From Squalus acanthias (lineage: Eukaryota): 64,000 nucleotides of DNA. The notes beneath the pieces were generated by a model. The model ran no database searches, was not told where the DNA came from, and saw nothing but the letters and a program-made list of their open reading frames with translations. Of this stretch, positions 1 through 15,000 are shown piece after piece. The DNA is taken from the NCBI GenBank assembly GCA_030390025.1, contig CM059438.1, positions 67,892,001-67,956,000 of the forward strand, read 5' to 3'. How positions within the stretch are numbered: the first letter of the stretch is position 1; the number at the start of each line of letters is the position of its first letter. The translations under genes were made by a program, and so were the position numbers.

Positions 1-3000
1 TGGAGAGAGTGTCAGCTTAAACTGTCACAGGACAGAGAGTGGAGCGTTTCAGTTCAAACTGTCACAGGACAGAGAGTGGAGAGAGTCAGTTCAAACTGTC
101 ACAGGACAGAGAGTGGAGAGAGTCAGTTCAAACTGTCACAGGACAGAGAGTGGAGCGAGTCAGTTCAAACTGTCACAGGACAGACAGTGGAGAGTGTCAG
201 TTCAAACAGTCACAGGACAGAGAGTGGAGAGTGTCAGTTCAAACAGTCACAGGACAGAGAGTGGAGACAGTGTCAGTTCAAACAGTCACAGGACAGAGAG
301 TGGAGAGTGTCAGTTCAAACAGTCACAGGACAGAGAGTGGAGAGAGTGTCAGTTCAAACAGTCACAGGACAGAGAGTGGAGAGTGTCAGTTCAAAGAGTC
401 ACAGGACAGAGAGTGGAGAGAGTGTCAACTTGAACTGTCACAGGCAAGAGAGTGGAGAGTGTCAGTTCAAACTGTCACAGGACAGAGAGTGGAGAGTGTC
501 AGTTCAAACAGTCACAGGACAGAGAGTGGAGAGAGTGTCAGTTCAAAATGTCACATGACAGAGAGTGGAGAGAGTGTCAGTTCAAACAGTCACAGGACAG
601 AGAGTGGAGAGAGTGTCAGCTTAAAATGTCACAGGACAGAGAGTGGAGAGAGTGTCAGTTCAAACAGTCAATGGACAGAGAGTGGAGAGTGTCAGTTCAA
701 ACAGTCACAGGACAGAGAGTGGAGAGAGTGTCAGTTCAAACAGTCACAGGACAGAGAGTGAGAGAGAGTCAGTTCAAACTGTCACAGGACAGAGAGTGGA
801 GAGTGTCAGTTCAAACAGTCACAGGACAGAGAGTGGAGAGAGTGTCAGTTCAAACAGTCACAGGACAGAGAGTGGAGAGTGTCAGTTCAAAGAGTCACAG
901 GACAGAGAGTGGAGAGAGTGTCAGCTTAAACAGTCACAGGACAGAGAGTGGAGAGTGTGTCAGCTTGAATTGTCACAGGACAGAGAGTGGAGAGAGTCAG
1001 TTCAAACAGTCACAGGACAGAGAGTGGAGAGAGTGTCAGCTTAAACTGTCACAGGACAGAGAGTGGAGAGAGTCAGTTCAAACAGTCACAGGACAGAGAG
1101 TGGAGAGAGTGTCAGTTCAAAGAGTCACAGGACAGAGAGTGGAGAGAGTGTCAGCTTGAACTGTCACAGGACAGAGAGTGGAGAGAGTCAGTTCAAACTG
1201 TCACAGGACAGAGAGTGGAGAGTGTCAGTTCAAACAGTCACAGGACAGAGAGTGGAGAGTGTGTCAGCTTAAACTGTCACAGGACAGAGAAGGAGAGAGT
1301 GTCAGTTCAAACAGTCACAGGACAGAGAGTGGAGAGTGTCAGTTCAAACAGTCACAGGACAGAGAGTGGAGAGAGTGTCAGCTTGAACTGTCACAGGCAA
1401 GAGAGTGGAGAGAATCAGTTCAAACAGTCACAGGACAGAGAGTGGAGAGAGTGTCAGCTTAAACTGTCACAGGACAGAGAGTGGAGAGAGTCAGTTCAAA
1501 CAGTCACAGGACAGAGAGTGGAGAGTGTCAGTTCAAACAGTCACAGGACAGAGAGTGGAGAGTGTGTCAGCTTAAACTGTCACAGGACAGAGAGTGGAGC
1601 GAGTCAGTTCAAACTGTCACAGGACAGAGAGTGGAGAGTGTGTCAGCTTAAACTTTCACAGGACAGAGAGTGGAGAGTGTCAGTTCAAACAGTCACAGGA
1701 CAGAGTGTGGAGAGTGTCAGCTTAAACTGTCACAGGACAGAGAGTGGAGCGAGTCAGTTCAAACTGTCACAGGACAGAGAGTGGAGAGTGTGTCAGCTTA
1801 AACTTTCACAGGACAGAGAGTGGAGAGATTGTCAGCTTAAACTATCACAGGTCAGAGAGTGGAGAGAGTGTCAGTTCAAACTGTCACAGGACAGAGTGTG
1901 GAGAGAGTGTCAGCTTAAACTGTCACAGGACAGAGAGTGGAGAGTTTCAGTTCAAACTGTCACAGGACAGAGAGTGGAGAGAGTCAGTTCAAACTGTCAC
2001 AGGACAGAGAGTGGAGAGAGTCAGTTCAAACTGTCACAGGACAGAGAAGGAGAGAGTGTCAGTTCAAACAGTCACAGGACAGAGAGTGAGAGAGAGTCAG
2101 TTCAAACTGTCACAGGACAGAGAGTGGAGAGAGTGTCAGTTCAAACAGTCACAGGACAGAGAGTGGAGAGTGTCAGTTCAAACAGTCACAGGACAGAGAG
2201 TGGAGAGTGTCAACTTGAACTGTCACAGGCAAGAGAGTGGAGAGTGTCAGTTCAAACTGTCACAGGACAGAGAGTGCAGAGTGTCAGTTCAAAATGTCAC
2301 AGGACAGAGAGTGGAGAGAGTGTCAGTTCAAACAGTCACAGGACAGAGAGTGGAGAGAGTGTCAGCTTAAACTGTCACAGGACAGAGAGTGAGAGAGAGT
2401 CAGTTCAAACAGTCACAGGACAGAGAGTGGAGAGTGTCAGTTCAAACAGTCACAGGACAGAGAGTGGAGAGTGTCAGTTCAAAGAGTCACAGGACAGAGA
2501 GTGGAGAGAGTGTCAACTTGAACTGTCACAGGCAAGAGAGTGGAGAGTGTCAGTTCAAACTGTCACAGGACAGAGAGTGGAGAGTGTCAGTTCAAACTGT
2601 CACAGGACAGAGAGTGCAGAGTGTCAGTTCAAAATGTCACATGACAGAGAGTGGAGAGAGTGTCAGTTCAAACAGTCACAGGACAGAGAGTGGAGAGAGT
2701 GTCAGCTTAAAATGTCACAGGACAGAGAGTGGAGAGAGTGTCAGTTCAAACAGTCACAGGACAGAGAGTGGAGAGAGTCAGTTCAAACTGTCACAGGAAA
2801 GAGAGTGGAGAGTGTCAGCTTAAACTGTCACAGGACAGAGAGTGGAGAGTGTCAGTTCAAACAGTCACAGGACAGAGAGGGGAGAGAGTGTCAGTTCAAA
2901 CAGTCACAGGACAGAGAGTGGAGGGAGTGTCAGTTCAAACAGTCACAGGACAGAGAGTGGAGAGTGTCCGTTCAAAGAGTCACAGGACAGAGAGTGTAGA

Positions 3001-6000
3001 GAGTGTCAGCTTGAACTGTCACAGGACAGAGAGTGGAGAGAATCAGTTCAAACAGTCACAGGACAGAGAGTGGAGAGAGTGTCAGCTTGAACTGTCACAG
3101 GACAGAGAGTGGAGAGAGTCAGTTCAAACAGTCACAGGACAGAGAGTGGAGAGTGTGTCAGCTTGAACTGTCACAGGACAGAGAGTGGAGAGAGTCAGTT
3201 CAAACTGTCACAGGACAGAGAGTGGAGAGTGTCAGTTCAAACAGTCACAGGACAGAGAGTGGAGAGTGTGTCAGCTTAAACTGTCACAGGACAGAGAGTG
3301 GAGAGAGTGTCAGCTTAAAATGTCACAGGACAGAGAGTGGAGAGAGTGTCAGTTCAAACAGTCACAGGACAGAGAGTGGAGAGAGTCAGTTCAAACTGTC
3401 ACAGGAAAGAGAGTGGAGAGTGTCAGCTTAAACTGTCACAGGACAGAGAGTGGAGAGTGTCAGTTCAAACAGTCACAGGACAGAGTGGGGAGAGAGTGTC
3501 AGTTCAAACAGTCACAGGACAGAGAGTGGAGAGTGTCAGTTCAAACAGTCACAGGACAGAGAGTGGAGAGAGTGTCCGCTTAAACTGTCACAGGACAGAG
3601 AGTGAGAGAGAGTCAGTTCAAACTGTCACAGGACAGAGAGTGGAGAGAGTGTCAGTTCAAACAGTCACAGGACAGAGAGTGGAGAGTGTCAGTTCAAACA
3701 GTCACAGGACAGAGAGTGGAGAGAGTCAGTTCAAACTGTCACAGGACAGAGAGTGGAGAGAGTGTCAGCTTGAACTGTCACAGGCAAGAGAGTGGAGAGA
3801 ATCATTTCAAACAGTCACAGGACAGAGAGTGGAGAGAGTGTCAGCTTAAACTGTCACAGGACAGAGAGTGGAGAGAGTCAGTTCAAACAGTCACAGGACA
3901 GAGAGTGGAGAGTGTGTCAGCTTGAACTGTCACAGGACAGAGAGTGGAGAGAGTCAGTTCAAACAGTCACAGGACAGAGAGTGGAGAGTGTCAGTTCAAA
4001 CTGTCACAGGACAGAGAGTGCAGAGTGTCAGTTCAAACAGTCACAGGACAGAGAGTGGAGAGAGTGTCAGTTCAAACTGTCACAGGACAGAGAGTGGAGA
4101 GAGTCAGTTCAAACAGTCACAGGACAGAGAGTGGAGAGTGTCAGTTCAAACTGTCACAGGACAGAGAGTGGAGACAGTGTCAATTCAAACAGTCACAGGA
4201 CAGAGAGTGGAGAGTGGCAGTTCAAACAGTCACAGGACAGAGAGTGGAGAGTGTCAGTTCAAAGAGTCACAGGACAGAGAGTGGAGAGAGTGTCAGCTTG
4301 AACTGTCACAGGCAAGAGAGTGGAGAGAATCAGTTCAAAATGTCACAGGACAGAGAGTGGAGAGAGTGTCAGTTCAAACAGTCACAGGACAGAGAGTGCA
4401 GAGTGTCAGTTCAAAATGTCACAGGACAGAGAGTGGAGAGAGTGTCAGTTCAAACAGTCACAGGACAGAGAGTGGAGAGAGTGTCAGCTTAAAATGTCAC
4501 AGGACAGAGAGTGGAGAGAGTGTCAGTTCAAACAGTCACAGGACAGAGAGTGGAGAGAGTGTCAGCTTAAAATGTCACAGGACAGAGAGTGGAGAGAGTG
4601 TCAGTTCAAACAATCACAGGACAGAGAGTGGAGAGAGTCAGTTCAAACTGTCACAGGACAGAGAGTGGAGAGAGTCAGTTCAAACTGTCACAGGACAGAG
4701 AGTGGAGAGAGAGTCAGCTTAAACTGTCACAGGACAGAGAGTGGAGATAGTGTCAGTTCAAACAGTCACAGGACAGAGAGTGGAGAGAGTGTCAGCTTAA
4801 AATGTCACAGGACAGAGAGTGGAGAGAGTGTCAGTTCAAACAGTCACAGGACAGAGAGTGGAGAGAGTCAGTTCAAACTGTCACAGGACAGAGAGTGGAG
4901 AGAGTCAGTTCAAACTGTCACAGGAAAGAGAGTGGAGAGTGTCAGTTCAAACAGTCACAGGACAGAGAGGGGAGAGAGTGTCAGTTCAAACAGTCACAGG
5001 ACAGAGAGTGGAGAGTGTCAGTTCAAACAGTCACAGGACAGAGAGTGGAGAGAGTGTCCGCTTAAACTGTCACAGGACAGAGAGTGGAGAGAGTCAGTTC
5101 AAACTGTCACAGGACAGAGAGTGGAGAGTGTCAGTTCAAACAGTCACAGGACAGAGAGTGGAGAGAGTGTCAGTTCAAACAGTCACAGGACAGAGAGTGG
5201 AGAGTGTCAGCTTAAACTGTCACAGGTCAGAGAGTGGAGAGAGTGTCAGTTCAAACTGTCACAGGACAGAGTGTGGAGAGAGTGTCAGCTTAAACTGTCA
5301 CAGGACAGAGAGTGGAGCGTTTCAGTTCAAACTGTCACAGGACAGAGAGTGGAGAGAGTCAGTTCAAACTGTCACAGGACAGAGAGTGGAGAGAGTCAGT
5401 TCAAACTGTCACAGGACAGAGAGTGGAGCGAGTCAGTTCAAACTGTCACAGGACAGACAGTGGAGAGTGTCAGTTCAAACAGTCACAGGACAGAGAGTGG
5501 AGAGTGTCAGTTCAAACAGTCACAGGACAGAGAGTGGAGACAGTGTCAGTTCAAACAGTCACAGGACAGAGAGTGGAGAGTGTCAGTTCAAACAGTCACA
5601 GGACAGAGAGTGGAGAGAGTGTCAGTTCAAACAGTCACAGGACAGAGAGTGGAGAGTGTCAGTTCAAAGAGTCACAGGACAGAGAGTGGAGAGAGTGTCA
5701 ACTTGAACTGTCACAGGCAAGAGAGTGGAGAGTGTCAGTTCAAACTGTCACAGGACAGAGAGTGGAGAGTGTCAGTTCAAACAGTCACAGGACAGAGAGT
5801 GGAGAGAGTGTCAGTTCAAAATGTCACATGACAGAGAGTGGAGAGAGTGTCAGTTCAAACAGTCACAGGACAGAGAGTGGAGAGAGTGTCAGCTTAAAAT
5901 GTCACAGGACAGAGAGTGGAGAGAGTGTCAGTTCAAACAGTCAATGGACAGAGAGTGGAGAGTGTCAGTTCAAACAGTCACAGGACAGAGAGTGGAGAGA

Positions 6001-9000
6001 GTGTCAGTTCAAACAGTCACAGGACAGAGAGTGAGAGAGAGTCAGTTCAAACTGTCACAGGACAGAGAGTGGAGAGAGTGTCAGTTCAAACAGTCACAGG
6101 ACAGAGAGTGGAGAGAGTGTCAGTTCAAACAGTCACAGGACAGAGAGTGGAGAGTGTCAGTTCAAAGAGTCACAGGACAGAGAGTGGAGAGAGTGTCAGC
6201 TTAAACAGTCACAGGACAGAGAGTGGAGAGTGTGTCAGCTTGAATTGTCACAGGACAGAGAGTGGAGAGAGTCAGTTCAAACAGTCACAGGACAGAGAGT
6301 GGAGAGAGTGTCAGCTTAAACTGTCACAGGACAGAGAGTGGAGAGAGTCAGTTCAAACAGTCACAGGACAGAGAGTGGAGAGTGTGTCAGCTTGAACTGT
6401 CACAGGACAGAGAGTGGAGAGAGTCAGTTCAAACTGTCACAGGACAGAGAGTGGAGAGTGTCAGTTCAAACAGTCACAGGACAGAGAGTGGAGAGTGTGT
6501 CAGCTTAAACTGTCACAGGACAGAGAAGGAGAGAGTGTCAGTTCAAACAGTCACAGGACAGAGAGTGGAGAGTGTCAGTTCAAACAGTCACAGGACAGAG
6601 AGTGGAGAGAGTGTCAGCTTGAACTGTCACAGGCAAGAGAGTGGAGAGAATCAGTTCAAACAGTCACAGGACAGAGAGTGGAGAGAGTGTCAGCTTAAAC
6701 TGTCACAGGACAGAGAGTGGAGAGAGTCAGTTCAAACAGTCACAGGACAGAGAGTGGAGAGTGTCAGTTCAAACAGTCACAGGACAGAGAGTGGAGAGTG
6801 TGTCAGCTTAAACTGTCACAGGACAGAGAGTGGAGAGAGTCAGTTCAAACTGTCACAGGACAGAGAGTGGAGAGAGTGTCAGTTCAAACAGTCACAGGAC
6901 AGAGAGTGGAGAGTGTGTCAGCTTAAACTGTCACAGGACAGAGAGTGGAGAGAGTCAGTTCAAACAGTCACAGGACAGAGAGTGGAGAGTGTCAGTTGAA
7001 ACTGTCACAGGACAGAGAGTGGAGAGAGTCAGTTCAAACTGTCACAGGACAGAGAGTGGAGAGAGTGTCAGCTTAAACTGTCACAGGACAGAGAGTGGAG
7101 CGAGTCAGTTCAAACTGTCACAGGACAGAGAGTGGAGAGTGTGTCAGCTTAAACTTTCACAGGACAGAGAGTGGAGAGTGTCAGTTCAAACAGTCACAGG
7201 ACAGAGTGTGGAGAGTGTCAGCTTAAACTGTCACAGGACAGAGAGTGGAGCGAGTCAGTTCAAACTGTCACAGGACAGAGAGTGGAGAGTGTGTCAGCTT
7301 AAACTTTCACAGGACAGAGAGTGGAGAGAGTGTCAGCTTAAACTATCACAGGTCAGAGAGTGGAGAGAGTGTCAGTTCAAACTGTCACAGGACAGAGTGT
7401 GGAGAGAGTGTCAGCTTAAACTGTCACAGGACAGAGAGTGGAGAGTTTCAGTTCAAACTGTCACAGGACAGAGAGTGGAGAGAGTCAGTTCAAACTGTCA
7501 CAGGACAGAGAGTGGAGAGAGTCAGTTCAAACTGTCACAGGACAGAGAAGGAGAGAGTGTCAGTTCAAACAGTCACAGGACAGAGAGTGAGAGAGAGTCA
7601 GTTCAAACTGTCACAGGACAGAGAGTGGAGAGAGTGTCAGTTCAAACAGTCACAGGACAGAGAGTGGAGAGTGTCAGTTCAAACAGTCACAGGACAGAGA
7701 GTGGAGAGTGTCAACTTGAACTGTCACAGGCAAGAGAGTGGAGAGAGTCAGTTCAAACTGTCACAGGACAGAGAGTGGAGAGTGTCAGTTCAAACTGTCA
7801 CAGGACAGAGAGTGCAGAGTGTCAGTTCAAAATGTCACAGGACAGAGAGTGGAGAGAGTGTCAGTTCAAACAGTCACAGGACAGAGAGTGGAGAGAGTGT
7901 CAGTTCAAACAGTCACAGGACAGAGAGTGGAGAGTGTCAGTTCAAACAGTCACAGGACAGAGAGTGGAGAGTGTCAGCTTAAACTGTCACAGGACAGAGA
8001 GTGAGAGAGAGTCAGTTCAAACTGTCACAGGACAGAGAGTGGAGAGAGTGTCAGTTCAAACAGTCACAGGACAGAGAGTGGAGAGTGTCAGTTCAAACAG
8101 TCACAGGACAGAGAGTGGAGAGTGTCAGTTCAAAGAGTCACAGGACAGAGAGTGGAGAGAGTGTCAACTTGAACTGTCACAGGCAAGAGAGTGGAGAGTG
8201 TCAGTTCAAACTGTCACAGGACAGAGAGTGGAGAGTGTCAGTTCAAACTGTCACAGGACAGAGAGTGCAGAGTGTCAGTTCAAAATGTCACATGACAGAG
8301 AGTGGAGAGAGTGTCAGTTCAAACAGTCACAGGACAGAGAGTGGAGAGAGTGTCAGCTTAAAATGTCACAGGACAGAGAGTGGAGAGAGTGTCAGTTCAA
8401 ACAGTCACAGGACAGAGAGTGGAGAGAGTCAGTTCAAACTGTCACAGGAAAGAGAGTGGAGAGTGTCAGCTTAAACTGTCACAGGACAGAGAGTGGAGAG
8501 TGTCAGTTCAAACAGTCACAGGACAGAGAGGGGAGAGAGTGTCAGTTCAAACAGTCACAGGACAGAGAGTGGAGGGAGTGTCAGTTCAAACAGTCACAGG
8601 ACAGAGAGTGGAGAGTGTCCGTTCAAAGAGTCACAGGACAGAGAGTGTAGAGAGTGTCAGCTTGAACTGTCACAGGCAAGAGAGTGGAGAGAATCAGTTC
8701 AAACAGTCACAGGACAGAGAGTGGAGAGAGTGTCAGCTTGAACTGTCACAGGACAGAGAGTGGAGAGAGTCAGTTCAAACAGTCACAGGACAGAGAGTGG
8801 AGAGTGTGTCAGCTTGAACTGTCACAGGACAGAGAGTGGAGAGAGTCAGTTCAAACTGTCACAGGACAGAGAGTGGAGAGTGTCAGTTCAAACAGTCACA
8901 GGACAGAGAGTGGAGAGTGTGTCAGCTTAAACTGTCACAGGACAGAGAAGGAGAGAGTGTCAGTTCAAACAGTCACAGGACAGAGAGTGGAGAGTGTCAG

Positions 9001-12000
9001 TTCAAACAGTCACAGGACAGAGAGTGGAGAGTGTCAGTTCAAAGAGTCACAGGACAGAGAGTGGAGAGAGTGTCAGCTTGAACTGTCACAGGACAGAGAG
9101 TGGAGAGAGTCAGTTCAAACAGTCACAGGACAGAGAGTGGAGAGTGTGTCAGCTTGAACTGTCACAGGACAGAGAGTGGAGAGAGTCAGTTCAAACTGTC
9201 ACAGGACAGAGAGTGGAGCGTGTCAGTTCAAACAGTCACAGGACAGAGAGTGGAGAGAGTGTCAGCTTAAACTGTCACAGGACAGAGAGTGGAGAGAGTC
9301 AGTTCAAACAGTCACAGGACAGGGAGTGGAGAGTGTGTCAGCTTGAACTGTCACAGGACAGAGAGTGGAGAGAGTCAGTTCAAACTGTCACAGGACAGAG
9401 AGTGGAGAGAGTGTCAGTTCAAACAGTCACAGGACAGAGAGTGGAGAGTGTCAGTTCAAACAGTCACAGGACAGAGAGTGGAGAGAGTGTCAGCTTAAAA
9501 TGTCACAGGACAGAGAGTGAGAGAGAGTCAGTTCAAACTGTCACAGGACAGAGAGTGGAGAGAGTGTCAGTTCAAACAGTCACAGGACAGAGAGTGGAGA
9601 GTGTCAGTTCAAAGAGTCACAGGACAGAGAGTGGAGAGAGTGTCAACTTGAACTGTCACAGGCAAGAGAGTGGAGAGAGTCAGTTCAAACAGTCACAGGA
9701 CAGAGAGTGGAGAGTGTCAGTTCAAAATGTCACATGACAGAGAGTGGAGAGAGTGTCAGTTCAAACAGTCACAGGACAGAGAGTGCAGAGTGTCAGTTCA
9801 AAATGTCACATGACAGAGAGTGGAGAGAGTGTCAGTTCAAACAGTCACAGGACAGAGAGTGGAGAGAGTGTCAGCTTAAAATGTCACAGGACAGAGAGTG
9901 GAGAGAGTGTCAGTTCAAACAGTCACAGGACAGAGAGTGGAGAGAGTCAGTTCAAACTGTCACAGGAAAGAGAGTGGAGAGTGTCAGCTTAAACTGTCAC
10001 AGGACAGAGAGTGGAGAGTGTCAGTTCAAACAGTCACAGGACAGAGTGGGGAGAGAGTGTCAGTTCAAACAGTCACAGGACAGAGAGTGGAGAGTGTCAG
10101 TTCAAACAGTCACAGGACAGAGAGTGGAGAGAGTGTCCGCTTAAACTGTCACAGGACAGAGAGTGAGAGAGAGTCAGTTCAAACTGTCACAGGACAGAGA
10201 GTGGAGAGAGTGTCAGTTCAAACAGTCACAGGACAGAGAGTGGAGAGTGTCAGTTCAAACAGTCACAGGACAGAGAGTGGAGAGAGTCAGTTCAAACTGT
10301 CACAGGACAGAGAGTGGAGAGTGTCAGTTCAAACAGTCACAGGACAGAGAGTGGAGAGAGTGTCAGCTTGAACTGTCACAGGCAAGAGAGTGGAGAGAAT
10401 CATTTCAAACAGTCACAGGACAGAGAGTGGAGAGAGTGTCAGCTTAAACTGTCACAGGACAGAGAGTGGAGAGAGTCAGTTCAAACAGTCACAGGACAGA
10501 GAGTGGAGAGTGTGTCAGCTTGAACTGTCACAGGACAGAGAGTGGAGAGAGTCAGTTCAAACAGTCACAGGACAGAGAGTGGAGAGTGTCAGTTCAAACT
10601 GTCACAGGACAGAGAGTGCAGAGTGTCAGTTCAAACAGTCACAGGACAGAGAGTGGAGAGAGTGTCAGTTCAAACTGTCACAGGACAGAGAGTGGAGAGA
10701 GTCAGTTCAAACAGTCACAGGACAGAGAGTGGAGAGTGTCAGTATAACTGTCACAGGACAGAGAGTGGAGACAGTGTCAATTCAAACAGTCACAGGACAG
10801 AGAGTGGAGAGTGGCAGTTCAAACAGTCACAGGACAGAGAGTGGAGAGTGTCAGTTCAAAGAGTCACAGGACAGAGAGTGGAGAGAGTGTCAGCTTGAAC
10901 TGTCACAGGCAAGAGAGTGGAGAGAATCAGTTCAAAATGTCACAGGACAGAGAGTGGAGAGAGTGTCAGTTCAAACAGTCACAGGACAGAGAGTGCAGAG
11001 TGTCAGTTCAAAATGTCACAGGACAGAGAGTGGAGAGAGTCAGTTCAAACTGTCACAGGACAGAGAGTGGAGAGAGTCAGTTCAAACTGTCACAGGACAG
11101 AGAGTGGAGAGAGAGTCAGCTTAAACTGTCACAGGACAGAGAGTGGAGATAGTGTCAGTTCAAACAGTCACAGGACAGAGAGTGGAGAGAGTGTCAGCTT
11201 AAAATGTCACAGGACAGAGAGTGGAGAGAGTGTCAGTTCAAACAGTCACAGGACAGAGAGTGGAGAGAGTCAGTTCAAACTGTCACAGGAAAGAGAGTGG
11301 AGAGTGTCAGCTTAAACTGTCACAGGACAGAGAGTGGAGAGTGTCAGTTCAAACAGTCACAGGACAGAGAGTGGAGAGAGTCAGTTCAAACTGTCACAGG
11401 AAAGAGAGTGGAGAGTGTCAGCTTAAACTGTCACAGGACAGAGAGTGGAGAGTGTCAGTTCAAACAGTCACAGGACAGAGAGGGGAGAGAGTGTCAGTTC
11501 AAACAGTCACAGGACAGAGAGTGGAGAGAGTGTCCGCTTAAACTGTCACAGGACAGAGAGTGAGAGAGAGTCAGTTCAAACTGTCACAGGACAGAGAGTG
11601 GAGAGAGTGTCAGTTCAAACAGTCACAGGACAGAGAGTGGAGAGTGTCAGTTCAAACAGTCACAGGACAGAGAGTGGAGAGTGTCAGCTTAAACTGTCAC
11701 AGGACAGAGAGTGGAGAGAGTCAGTTCAAAAAGTCACAGGACAGAGAGTGGAGAGTGTGTCAGCTTGAACTGTCACAGGACAGAGAGTGGAGAGAGTCAG
11801 TTCAAACAGTCACAGGACAGAGAGTGGAGAGTGTCAGTTCAAACTGTCACAGGACAGAGAGTGGAGAGTGTCAGCTTAAACTGTCACAGGACAGAGAGTG
11901 GAGAGAGTCAGTTCAAACTGTCACAGGACAGAGAGTGGAGAGAGTGTCAGTTCAAACAGTCACAGGACAGAGAGTGGAGAGAGTCAGTTCAAACTGTCAC

Positions 12001-15000
12001 AGGACAGGGAGTGGAGAGAGTGTCAGTTCAAACAGTCACAGGACAGAGAGTGGAGAGAGTGTCAGCTTAAAATGTCACAGGACAGAGAGTGGAGAGAGTG
12101 TCAGTTCAAACAGTCACAGGACAGAGAGTGGAGAGAGTCAGTTCAAAGAGTCACAGGACAGAGAATGGAGAGAGTGTCAGTTCAAACTGTCACAGGACAG
12201 AGAGTGGAGCGAGTCAGTTCAAACTGTCACAGGACAGAGAGTGGAGAGTGTCAGCTTAAACTGTCACAGGACAGAGAGTGGAGAGTGTCAGTTCAAAGAG
12301 TCACAGGACAGAGAGTGGAGAGAGTGTCAGCTTAAACTGTCACAGGACAGAGAGTGGAGAGAGTCAGTTCAAAGAGTCACAGGACAGAGAGTGGAGAGAG
12401 TGTCAGCTTGAACTGTCACAGGCAAGAGAGTGGAGAGAATCATTTCAAACAGTCACAGGACAGAGAGTGGAGAGAGTGTCAGCTTAAAATGTCACAGGAC
12501 AGAGAGTGGAGAGAGTGTCAGTTCAAACAGTCACAGGACAGAGAGTGGAGAGAGTCAGTTCAAACTGTCACAGGACAGAGAGTGGAGAGAGTCAGTTCAA
12601 ACTGTCACAGGACAGAGAGTGGAGAGAGAGTCAGCTTAAACTGTCACAGGACAGAGAGTGGAGATAGTGTCAGTTCAAACAGTCACAGGACAGAGAGTGG
12701 AGAGAGTGTCAGCTTAAAATGTCACAGGACAGAGAGTGGAGAGAGTGTCAGTTCAAACAGTCACAGGACAGAGAGTGGAGAGAGTCAGTTCAAACTGTCA
12801 CAGGACAGAGAGTGGAGAGTGTCAGTTCAAAGAGTCACAGGACAGAGAGTGGAGAGAGTGTCAACTTAAACTGTCACAGGCAAGAGAGTGGAGAGAATCA
12901 GTTCAAAATGTCACAGGACAGAGAGTGGAGAGAGTGTCAGTTCAAACAGTCACAGGACAGAGAGTGCAGAGTGTCAGTTCAAAATGTCACAGGACAGAGA
13001 GTGGAGAGAGTGTCAGTTCAAACAGTCACAGGACAGAGAGTGGAGAGAGTGTCAGCTTAAAATGTCACAGGACAGAGAGTGGAGAGAGTGTCAGTTCAAA
13101 CAGTCACAGGACAGAGAGTGGAGAGAGTCAGTTCAAACTGTCACAGGACAGAGAGTGGAGAGAGTCAGTTCAAACTGTCACAGGACAGAGAGTGGAGAGA
13201 GAGTCAGCTTAAACTGTCACAGGACAGAGAGTGGAGATAGTGTCAGTTCAAACAGTCACAGGACAGAGAGTGGAGAGAGTGTCAGCTTAAAATGTCACAG
13301 GACAGAGAGTGGAGAGAGTGTCAGTTCAAACAGTCACAGGACAGAGAGTGGAGAGAGTCAGTTCAAACTGTCACAGGACAGAGAGTGGAGAGAGTCAGTT
13401 CAAACTGAAACAGGAAAGAGAGTGGAGAGTGTCAGCTTAAACTGTCACAGGACAGAGAGTGGAGAGAGTGTCAGTTCAAACAGTCACAGGACAGAGAGTG
13501 GAGAGTGTCAGTTCAAACAGTCACAGGACAGAGAGTGGAGAGAGTGTCCGCTTAAACTGTCACAGGACAGAGAGTGAGAGAGAGTCAGTTCAAACTGTCA
13601 CAGGACAGAGAGTGGAGAGAGTGTCAGTTCAAACAGTCACAGGACAGAGAGGGGAGAGAGTGTCAGTTCAAACAGTCACAGGACAGAGAGTGGAGAGTGT
13701 CAGTTCAAACAGTCACAGGACAGAGAGTGGAGAGAGTGTCCGCTTAAACTGTCACAGGACAGAGAGTGAGAGAGAGTCAGTTCAAACTGTCACAGGACAG
13801 AGAGTGGAGAGAGTGTCAGTTCAAACAGTCACAGGACAGAGAGTGGAGAGTGTCAGTTCAAACAGTCACAGGACAGAGAGTGGAGAGTGTCCGTTCAAAG
13901 AGTCACAGGACAGAGAGTGGAGAGAGTGTCAGCTTGAACTGTCACAGGCAAGAGAGCGGAGAGAATCATTTCAAACAGTCACAGGACAGAGAGTGGAGAG
14001 AGTGTCAGCTTAAACTGTCACAGGACAGAGAGTGGAGAGAGTCAGTTCAAAAAGTCACAGGACAGAGAGTGGAGAGTGTGTCAGCTTGAACTGTCACAGG
14101 ACAGAGAGTGGAGAGAGTCAGTTCAAACAGTCACAGGACAGAGAGTGGAGAGTGTCAGTTCAAACTGTCACAGGACAGAGAGTGGAGAGTGTCAGCTTAA
14201 ACTGTCACAGGACAGAGAGTGGAGAGAGTCAGTTCAAACTGTCACAGGACAGAGAGTGGAGAGAGTGTCAGCTTGAACTGTCACAGGACAGAGAGTGGAG
14301 AGTGTCAGTTCAAACTGTCACAGGACAGAGAGTGGAGAGAGTCAGTTCAAACTGTCACAGGACAGAGAGTGGAGAGAGTGTCAGTTCAAACAGTCACAGG
14401 ACAGAGAGTGGAGAGAGTCAGTTCAAACTGTCACAGGACAGAGAGTGGAGAGAGTGTCAGTTCAAACAGTCACAGGACAGAGAGTGGAGAGAGTGTCAGC
14501 TTAAAATGTCACAGGACAGAGAGTGGAGAGAGTGTCAGTTCAAACAGTCACAGGACAGAGAGTGGAGAGAGTCAGTTCAAACTGTCACAGGACAGAGAGT
14601 GGAGAGAGTGTCAGTTCAAACAGTCACAGGACAGAGAGTGGAGAGAGTCAGTTCAAACTGTCACAGGACAGAGAGTGGAGAGAGTCAGTTCAAACTGTCA
14701 CAGGACAGAGAGTGGAGAGTGTCAGCTTAAACTGTCACAGGACAGAGAGTGGAGAGTGTCAGTTCAAACAGTCACAGGACAGAGAGTGGAGAGTGTCAGT
14801 TCAAAGAGTCACAGGACAGAGAGTGGAGAGAGTGTCAGTTCAAACTGTCACAGGACAGAGAGTGGAGAGTGTCAGTTCAAAGAGTCACAGGACAGAGAGT
14901 GGAGAGAGTGTCAGCTTGAACTGTCACATGACAGAGAGTGGAGAGTGTCAGTTCAAAGAGTCACAGGACAGAGAGTGGAGAGAGTGTCAGCTTGAACTGT

